A stretch of 64,000 nucleotides of DNA from Burkholderiales bacterium (GTDB lineage: Bacteria > Pseudomonadota > Gammaproteobacteria > Burkholderiales > Burkholderiaceae_C): assembly GCA_040007475.1 (NCBI GenBank), contig JBDTVC010000002.1:4921-68920 (forward strand), written 5' to 3'. Made by a program: the position numbers and the translations under genes. Under the pieces are notes generated by a model. The model saw only the letters and a program-made list of their open reading frames with translations. It had not been told where the DNA came from and ran no database searches. Below are positions 58,378-64,000 of this stretch, one piece after another (position 1 is the first letter of the stretch; every line of letters starts with the position of its first letter).

Positions 58378-59142
58378 CTAGGCGAGTTCCACGATCACCG
58401 GCGCGTGATCGCTCGGCCGCTCGTTCTTGCGCGTGAGCTTGTCGATCACGCAGCTCTTGACCCGGCCTTTCAGCGTCTCGCTGACGAGGATGTGGTCGAT
58501 GCGCAGGCCCTGGTTCTTGCGGAACGCGAGGTTGCGGTAGTCCCACCAACTCCAACTCTTCGGCGGCTGCTCGAACAGACGGAACGAGTCGTGCAGGCCG
58601 AGTGCCAGCAGCGCCTTGAAGTGGGCACGCTCCTCCGGCGTGCACAGCACCTGCCCGGCCCACGTCACCGGGTCGTAGACGTCGCGGTCCTCGGGGGCGA
58701 TGTTGTAGTCGCCGAGCAGCACGAGCTGCGGGTGGGCAGCGTACTCGGCCCGCAACCACTCGCGCAGCGCCGTCAGCCAGGCCATCTTGTATGGGAACTT
58801 CTCGCTGTCGACCGACTGCCCGTTCGGGATGTACACGCCGATGATTCGCACACCATCGACCGTGCCCGCGATGACGCGCGCCTGATGGTCGTCGTGGCCA
58901 GGGATGTTGCGCACGATGTCGGTCGCGGCCGACTTGCTGATCAGCGCGACACCGTTGTAGGTCTTCTGCCCGAACCACTGCACCTGATAACCCGCCGCCA
59001 TGATCTCGGCGTGCGGAAACTTGTCGTCGGTGAGCTTGGTCTCCTGCAGGCACAGCGCATCGGGCTGGTGCAGCGCCAGCCAGTCCAGCAGCTGTGGCAG
59101 TCGCACGGCGAGGGAGTTGACGTTCCAGGTGGCGAGTTTCAT
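58378..59142 (-). CDS. xthA: Exodeoxyribonuclease III
   Basis: MKLATWNVNSL opening, QETK, and C-terminal SDHAPV; 254 aa. Its stop abuts the ntrC stop with no gap. Confidence 0.92.
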   Translation of the reverse strand: MKLATWNVNSLAVRLPQLLDWLALHQPDALCLQETKLTDDKFPHAEIMAAGYQVQWFGQKTYNGVALISKSAATDIVRNIPGHDDHQARVIAGTVDGVRIIGVYIPNGQSVDSEKFPYKMAWLTALREWLRAEYAAHPQLVLLGDYNIAPEDRDVYDPVTWAGQVLCTPEERAHFKALLALGLHDSFRLFEQPPKSWSWWDYRNLAFRKNQGLRIDHILVSETLKGRVKSCVIDKLTRKNERPSDHAPVIVELA

Positions 59143-59273
59143 CGGTCGGCAGGGCGGTGGGATGGCGCGATGCTACCGCGCCATTTCGTGAACTACACCT
59201 CGTAACGTACCGGCGATCAAGTCGGTCGCCGCCGCTCCGACAACACGTTCATCCGCTTCTACCGGGAACCATC

Positions 59274-60164
59274 ATGTCCATCGGGTCGATCTCCTTCACC
59301 GTCGTCAATCTCTACGAAACACCGAGCAAGCGCGACGTGCCGTCTGTTGCTGGCACCTGCCATGCGCCCAAGCCGGCAACGCCGGACAACGATGCGGCGG
59401 AGTCCGAGAAGGCCGGCGGCCGGCGCAGCAAGCTGGTCGAGGCGATGATGGAAGCGCTGAAGCAACTGGGGCTGACCGGAGCGCCCGCCACGACCACGCC
59501 TGCCGTCGCGGACGCAGCGTCGACAGGGACGACGGTGACTGCAACGAAGGCAATTGGCGCGACACCGACATCGACTGCGACGCAGGCTGCGGCGGCAACC
59601 GCCCCCACGACCCCTGCACCCGCGCCTGTCGCCACGGACGCGACGGCAAGCCCAGCGACCGCCGCCGACGCGGTTCCGCAGGCGGTCGCCCAGTTCGCGC
59701 ACGCGCTGTGGACGGCCCTGCAAGGGAGCGCCAAGAGCGGGACGGTCGGCATCGAGCCGGCGAGCGCGCCACCGCAGGCGCATCACCACCATCACCACCG
59801 CACCCACGGCTCGAAGCACGGCTACGACAGCTTCGCGCAGCGACTCGAAGCGCTGGCCAGTGCGTCCGACCCGGTCGCGACCGCACCGGTCAGTGCGACG
59901 ACATCGACCGATTCAGCGACAGCGGCCGATCCCGCGGCCGTCAAGGACACCGCCGTGCCCACGGCGGCGACGAGCCCGCTCGCCGACGCCTTCGGCAAGC
60001 TCGTCACGGCACTGCGAGGCGGCACGACCGTTGCGACCGGCACGAGCACCGACAACGCGACACTGCTGAACCGCTTCCTTCACACGCTGGCCCACGCGCT
60101 GCAATCGCCGACCACCGACGGCGCGCCTGCCACCACCGGCACGCTGGTCAACGTCACGGCCTGA
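59274..60164 (+). CDS. Hypothetical Ala/Thr/Pro-rich low-complexity protein with an internal His6 run
   Basis: 296 aa after trimming the track ORF to MSIGSISFTV. No signal peptide or known domain. Codon bias is consistent with coding. See finding. Confidence 0.5.
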   Translation: MSIGSISFTVVNLYETPSKRDVPSVAGTCHAPKPATPDNDAAESEKAGGRRSKLVEAMMEALKQLGLTGAPATTTPAVADAASTGTTVTATKAIGATPTSTATQAAAATAPTTPAPAPVATDATASPATAADAVPQAVAQFAHALWTALQGSAKSGTVGIEPASAPPQAHHHHHHRTHGSKHGYDSFAQRLEALASASDPVATAPVSATTSTDSATAADPAAVKDTAVPTAATSPLADAFGKLVTALRGGTTVATGTSTDNATLLNRFLHTLAHALQSPTTDGAPATTGTLVNVTA

Positions 60165-60176
60165 GCCGGCGCACCC

Positions 60177-60248
60177 GGCGGCGGAGTACGCCGCCACCCG
60201 CCGAGCGGGTGCTCAGGCCGCTTGGGAGCGGCCCGGCGCTGGCCTGAG
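60177..60248 (+). repeat. REP-like three-hairpin repeat, copy C, between convergent genes
   Basis: GGCGGCG-GAGTA-CGCCGCC, then CACCCGC-CGA-GCGGGTG, then CTCAGGCC-GCTTGGGAGCGGCCCGGCGCT-GGCCTGAG. The 20-mer CTTGGGAGCGGCCCGGYGCT is shared with copy B. Confidence 0.7.
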
Positions 60249-60263
60249 GCCGCGGACGTCGGC

Positions 60264-60839
60264 TCAGATGTGAAACCAGGCGAGACCGCCGACAACGATC
60301 CCGACCGCGCTGACGCCGAAGACCAGCTTCTCGAGCCAGCGCTTTCTCGTCAGCAGCGCGATCGCCGCGAGCGCGATCGCGATCTGCAGCGCGGTCGTCG
60401 CCTGCGCCCAGCGGTGATGCTGGTGCATCTTCTCGGCGCTCTTGTCGTCCCAGTCCGTGGACGCCTTCTCGAGCTTCTCGGCCTCGAGCTTGATCTCGGC
60501 CTTCTCGGTCTTGTAGCGCCTGATCTCGTCGGTGTAGAAGGCCTTGCGTGACTCGGGCGCGAGCTCCAGCGCGAGCTCGCTCAGGTTCTGCTTGCTGCTT
60601 TTGGACTGGTAGTAGTTCCACTGGTTCGAGGCTTCGGTCTTCTTGATCGCCGCGTCGTTCTTGAACAGGCCGGCATCGGCCTGCGTGGCTCCACCCATGT
60701 ACGAGAACATCGCGCCGACGGTCGCCAGGATCGCGGTCACGACGGCGAGCTGGCCGGCCAGCCCTTTGGGCTCGTGCTGGGCTGCGTGTTCGAGTTCGTG
60801 GTCGTGCGGGCCATGCACGTGAAAACCGCCTGCAGACAT
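60264..60839 (-). CDS. DUF4337-family membrane protein
   Basis: 191 aa with a His-rich N-terminus, one TM helix near residue 30, a long helical region and a C-terminal TM pair. The layout and WNYYQSKS string fit DUF4337. Confidence 0.6.
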   Translation of the reverse strand: MSAGGFHVHGPHDHELEHAAQHEPKGLAGQLAVVTAILATVGAMFSYMGGATQADAGLFKNDAAIKKTEASNQWNYYQSKSSKQNLSELALELAPESRKAFYTDEIRRYKTEKAEIKLEAEKLEKASTDWDDKSAEKMHQHHRWAQATTALQIAIALAAIALLTRKRWLEKLVFGVSAVGIVVGGLAWFHI

Positions 60840-60840
60840 G

Positions 60841-61344
60841 TCAATCTCCTCGGGTGTTGTTGTAGGTGACGAAGCTGTAGCCGCCGCGATCCTCGCGCGC
60901 GGTCAACTTGAACTGTGAACGATCCCAGTGCGGGAAGAAGATGTCGCCGTCCAGATCGGCGTCGATCTCGGTGAGCACCAGCTCGGTCGCCCGCGGCAGG
61001 GCGAGCGCGTAGATCGCCGCACCTCCGATCACGAAGGCCTTCGGCGTGCCGGCGAGCAGCGCGAGCGCCGCGTCCAGCGAGGTCACGGCCTCGGCGCCAT
61101 CGCTGTGCCATGCCGGATCGCGCGTGATCACCACGTTACGCCGACCCGGCAGCGGCCGAAATCGCGCGGGCAGCGAGTCCCAGGTCTTGCGACCCATGAT
61201 CACCGGGCAGCCCATCGTGACGCGCCGAAAGTGTTTCTGGTCCTCGGGTTCGCGCCAGAGCAGCTCGTTGCCTTTGCCGATCGCACCGTTGCGGGCCACG
61301 GCGGCGATCAGGCTGAGGGTGGGCGGGGAGGTCGGTCGATTCAT
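60841..61344 (-). CDS. folA: Dihydrofolate reductase
   Basis: LSLIAAVARNGAIGKGNELLW, VIMGRKTWDSLP and GGAAIY; 167 aa. Confidence 0.92.
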   Translation of the reverse strand: MNRPTSPPTLSLIAAVARNGAIGKGNELLWREPEDQKHFRRVTMGCPVIMGRKTWDSLPARFRPLPGRRNVVITRDPAWHSDGAEAVTSLDAALALLAGTPKAFVIGGAAIYALALPRATELVLTEIDADLDGDIFFPHWDRSQFKLTAREDRGGYSFVTYNNTRGD

Positions 61345-61375
61345 GGGCGAGATTGTGGCAGCGCCACATCACGGC

Positions 61376-62065
61376 TCACGACAACGACGCTGCTTCCTTG
61401 CCGTTCGCGAAGTGCTGCTGCATCAGCTGCCGCGCACGCTCGCCGTTGCGGGCTTTCAGCGCCGCCATGATCTGGCGATGCTCCTTCAGCGAGGCTTCGA
61501 GCCGCCCCTGCTTGAATAGCGAGTGGTGGCGATTGAGCTTCATCACCTTGCGCAGGTCGGCGACGAGCTGGTTGCGCCAGCGGTTGTCGGCGATCTCGAG
61601 CAGCTTCATGTGGAAGCGCTCGTTCGCGGCAAAGAACAGATCGCGGTGGTCGACCTGCGCCTCGAGCTCGGCGTGCAGCGCCACAAGCTCGGCGATCTGC
61701 GCGGCCGTGGCCGTCTGCGCGACGACCATCGCGGCGTCGCTCTCGAGCAGCGCCAGCAGGTGATAAACCTCGTGCAGGTCACGCTCGGACACTTCGGTGA
61801 CGTAGGCGCCGCGGCGCAGCTTCATCGTCACCAGCCCTTCGGCCGCAAGCACCTTCAGGGCTTCGCGAAGCGGCGTGCGGCTGATGCCGTATTCGGCGGC
61901 GATCGCCTGCTCGTCGATCCAGGTGCCGGGGTGCATGGTGTGCGCGAGGATGCGCCCGCGCAGCTGCTCGGCCACCTGTTCGTACAACGCGCGCTCACGA
62001 AGCGGCGCCGATGGTGCGCGCGGGGCATCGGTGTTCGCGGTAAGGGTGGGGACCGAACTCGCCAT
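61376..62065 (-). CDS. GntR-family transcriptional regulator (FCD domain), divergent from the mutase gene
   Basis: wHTH IDEQAIAAEYGISRTPLREALKVLAAEGLV followed by a helical FCD domain; 229 aa. Confidence 0.88.
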   Translation of the reverse strand: MASSVPTLTANTDAPRAPSAPLRERALYEQVAEQLRGRILAHTMHPGTWIDEQAIAAEYGISRTPLREALKVLAAEGLVTMKLRRGAYVTEVSERDLHEVYHLLALLESDAAMVVAQTATAAQIAELVALHAELEAQVDHRDLFFAANERFHMKLLEIADNRWRNQLVADLRKVMKLNRHHSLFKQGRLEASLKEHRQIMAALKARNGERARQLMQQHFANGKEAASLS

Positions 62066-62099
62066 GAGTGTCAGCGTGTCGACAGGTATCTGCCGTTAG

Positions 62100-62115
62100 A
62101 ATTCAATTTTGAATT
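62100..62115. promoter_or_regulatory. AT-rich palindrome AATTCAA-TT-TTGAATT in the GntR/mutase divergent region (candidate operator)
   Basis: 7-bp perfect arms forming a 16-nt all-but-two A/T island within GC-rich DNA. About 35 nt from the GntR start and 60 nt from the mutase start. Confidence 0.4.
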
Positions 62116-62175
62116 ATGATGCCGATCGGCGCTGCCGTCCAGACATACTGTGACGGGGCGTTGCAGGAGAACACG

Positions 62176-64000
62176 ATGTCGGACGAGAAGACACTGAATT
62201 CTGAATCGCTGGCGCAGTGGCAGAAGGCTGCGGGCAAGTCGGCCCCGCAAGGTGACGTGGGTGCATTGACCTGGATGACCCCCGAGGGCATCCCGGTCAA
62301 GCCGCTGTACACCGCGGCCGACCTGAAGGGCTTGCCGTACACCGATACGCTGCCCGGCTTCGCGCCCTTCGTGCGCGGCCCGCAGGCCACGATGTACGCG
62401 GTGCGGCCGTGGACGATCCGCCAATACGCCGGCTTCTCCACCGCCGAGGCCAGCAACGACTTCTACCGCAAGGCGCTGGCTGCCGGCGCGCAGGGCGTGA
62501 GCGTCGCGTTCGACCTGGCCACGCACCGTGGCTACGACAGCGATCACTCGCGCGTGACCGGCGATGTCGGCAAGGCCGGCGTGGCGATCGACTCGGTCGA
62601 GGACATGAAGATCCTCTTCAACGGTATCCCGCTCGACAAGGTGAGCGTGAGCATGACGATGAACGGCGCGGTGCTGCCGGTGCTCGCGGGCTACGTGGTG
62701 GCGGCTGAAGAGCAGGGCGTGTCGCAGGACAAGCTCAGTGGGACGATCCAGAACGACATCCTGAAGGAGTTCATGGTTCGCAATACCTACATCTTCCCGC
62801 CCGAGCCGAGCATGCGCGCGATCGGCGACATCATCGAATACACGGCGAAGAACATGCCGAAGTTCAACTCGATCTCGATCTCGGGTTACCACATGCAGGA
62901 GGCCGGCGCGAACCAGGCGCTCGAACTCGCGTTGACGCTGGCCGATGGCCGCGAGTACGTGAAAGCGGCGCTCGCCAAGGGCCTCGATGTCGACGAGTTC
63001 GCCGGGCGCCTGAGCTTCTTCTGGGCGATCGGGATGAACTTCTACCTCGAAGTGGCCAAGATGCGCGCGGCGCGGCTGCTGTGGTGGAAGATCATGACAG
63101 GCTTCGACGCCAAGAACCCGAAGAGCCTGATGCTGCGCACCCACTGCCAGACCTCGGGTTGGTCGCTGACCGAGCAGGACCCCTACAACAACGTCGTTCG
63201 CACGACGATCGAGGCGATGGCCGCGGTGTTTGGCGGCACGCAGTCGCTGCACACCAACGCGCTCGACGAAGCCATCGCGCTGCCGACCGAGTTCAGCGCC
63301 CGCATCGCGCGCAACACGCAGCTCATCATCCAGGAAGAGACCCACATCACGAGCGTGGTCGACCCCTGGGCCGGCAGCTACATGATGGAAAAGCTGACCC
63401 AGGACATGGCCGACGCCGCGTGGAAGATCATCGAGGAAGTCGATGCGATGGGCGGCATGGTGAAGGCCGTCGACAGTGGCTGGGCCAAGCTGAAGATCGA
63501 GGCGAGCGCGGCCGAGAAGCAGGCGCGCATCGACTCGGGCCAGGACGTGATCGTTGGCGTCAACAAGTACAAGCTCGCGAAGGAAGACGCGATCGAAACG
63601 CTCGACATCGACAACGTGATGGTGCGCGACAACCAGATCGCGCGGCTGAAGCAGGTGCGGGCCAAGCGCGATACGAAGGCCACGCAAGCCGCGCTCGACG
63701 CGCTGACGGCGTGTGCCGCGACGGGCCAGGGCAACCTGCTCGACCTGAGCATCAAGGCGGTGCGCCTGCGTGCCACGGTGGGCGAGGTCTCCGACGCGCT
63801 CGAGAAGGTCTTCGGGCGCCACCGCGCCGACACGCAAAAGGTGACCGGTGTGTACGCAGCAGCCTATGACAGCGCCGAGGGTTGGGACAAGCTCAAGGCC
63901 GAGATCGCCGAATTTGCGGAGCAGCAGGGCCGCCGGCCGCGCGTGATGATCGCCAAGCTCGGGCAGGACGGCCACGACCGCGGCGCGAAGGTCGTCGCGA
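62176..64000 (+). CDS. Methylmalonyl-CoA mutase large subunit (3' end outside the window)
   Basis: Not in the ORF track because no stop occurs before the window edge. My translation from ATG 62176 (AGGAGA RBS) gives [22 protein letters not shown]...[21 protein letters not shown]...[13 protein letters not shown]. It ends in the B12-binding motif [18 protein letters not shown]. Confidence 0.9.
   Translation, partial: MSDEKTLNSESLAQWQKAAGKSAPQGDVGALTWMTPEGIPVKPLYTAADLKGLPYTDTLPGFAPFVRGPQATMYAVRPWTIRQYAGFSTAEASNDFYRKALAAGAQGVSVAFDLATHRGYDSDHSRVTGDVGKAGVAIDSVEDMKILFNGIPLDKVSVSMTMNGAVLPVLAGYVVAAEEQGVSQDKLSGTIQNDILKEFMVRNTYIFPPEPSMRAIGDIIEYTAKNMPKFNSISISGYHMQEAGANQALELALTLADGREYVKAALAKGLDVDEFAGRLSFFWAIGMNFYLEVAKMRAARLLWWKIMTGFDAKNPKSLMLRTHCQTSGWSLTEQDPYNNVVRTTIEAMAAVFGGTQSLHTNALDEAIALPTEFSARIARNTQLIIQEETHITSVVDPWAGSYMMEKLTQDMADAAWKIIEEVDAMGGMVKAVDSGWAKLKIEASAAEKQARIDSGQDVIVGVNKYKLAKEDAIETLDIDNVMVRDNQIARLKQVRAKRDTKATQAALDALTACAATGQGNLLDLSIKAVRLRATVGEVSDALEKVFGRHRADTQKVTGVYAAAYDSAEGWDKLKAEIAEFAEQQGRRPRVMIAKLGQDGHDRGAKVVA

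Noticed and set aside
59781-59798. The His6 run as an engineered affinity tag or cloning artefact
   Set aside because: It is internal (about residue 170), encoded by mixed CAT/CAC codons, and flanked by native-looking low-complexity sequence. There is no linker, protease site or vector-like DNA.
62066-62175. Cobalamin riboswitch in front of the B12-dependent mutase gene
   Set aside because: The leader is only about 110 nt and lacks anything resembling the conserved B12-box and multi-helix core. Riboswitches normally regulate B12 supply genes, not B12-dependent enzymes.

Overview
The window is visibly GC-rich with strong third-codon-position G/C bias and is gene-dense, with about 62 protein-coding genes. 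It looks like chromosomal DNA of a Betaproteobacterium. Burkholderiales is my guess, based on the glnA-DUF4124-ntrB-ntrC arrangement and overall gene content; this is inference only. All calls come from reading the six-frame track and the DNA by eye (motif recognition, gene context, start/stop geometry). No searches were run.

I saw no rRNA, tRNA, CRISPR array, transposase, integrase or phage genes.

The content falls into five blocks:
1. Housekeeping genes at 1-14.2 kb: an MCP, PFK, pepN, prfB with its programmed +1 frameshift (split into two ORFs by the track), small enzymes, an orphan ClpP-like operon, and a flavin monooxygenase interrupted by a single in-frame TAG.
2. A 16-gene divergent carbohydrate locus at 14.3-30.3 kb. 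It is controlled from one intergenic region where two perfect FadR-type palindromes bracket a near-consensus sigma70 promoter. It contains xylA without xylB, a Gfo/Idh/MocA plus TIM-barrel pair, a split Tm-1-like pair (UPF0261 plus PEP-hydrolase-like) of unknown function, an ABC importer with two ATPase genes and a 66-aa membrane micro-protein, and enolase/VOC/epimerase/2-hydroxyacid dehydrogenase genes.
3. A 17-gene divergent phosphonate locus at 30.6-50.2 kb. This is the most interesting part. One arm carries GntR-phnA-phnY-Na/Pi(PhoU)-PhnZ-like HD-EamA. The other arm, behind a near-perfect sigma54 promoter, carries a 2-aminoethylphosphonate (AEP) ABC importer, a nitrilase-superfamily hydrolase and phnW, followed without a break by a complete gamma-glutamylation module (GS-like ligase, orphan family-5 binding protein, Fe-ADH, PuuD-like hydrolase, ALDH, HAD-IB phosphatase). 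I know of no described AEP pathway that includes a gamma-glutamyl ligase/hydrolase pair.
4. glnA (sigma54 promoter, clean terminator), DUF4124, ntrB and ntrC, then xthA, folA and others.
5. A 3'-truncated methylmalonyl-CoA mutase gene that is missing from the ORF track.

A family of roughly 70-110-nt three-hairpin REP-like repeats occurs at least four times in intergenic DNA.

Many long track ORFs are antisense shadows of real genes, as expected in GC-rich DNA, and were rejected. Start codons are predictions. Product names beyond the family level are context-based.
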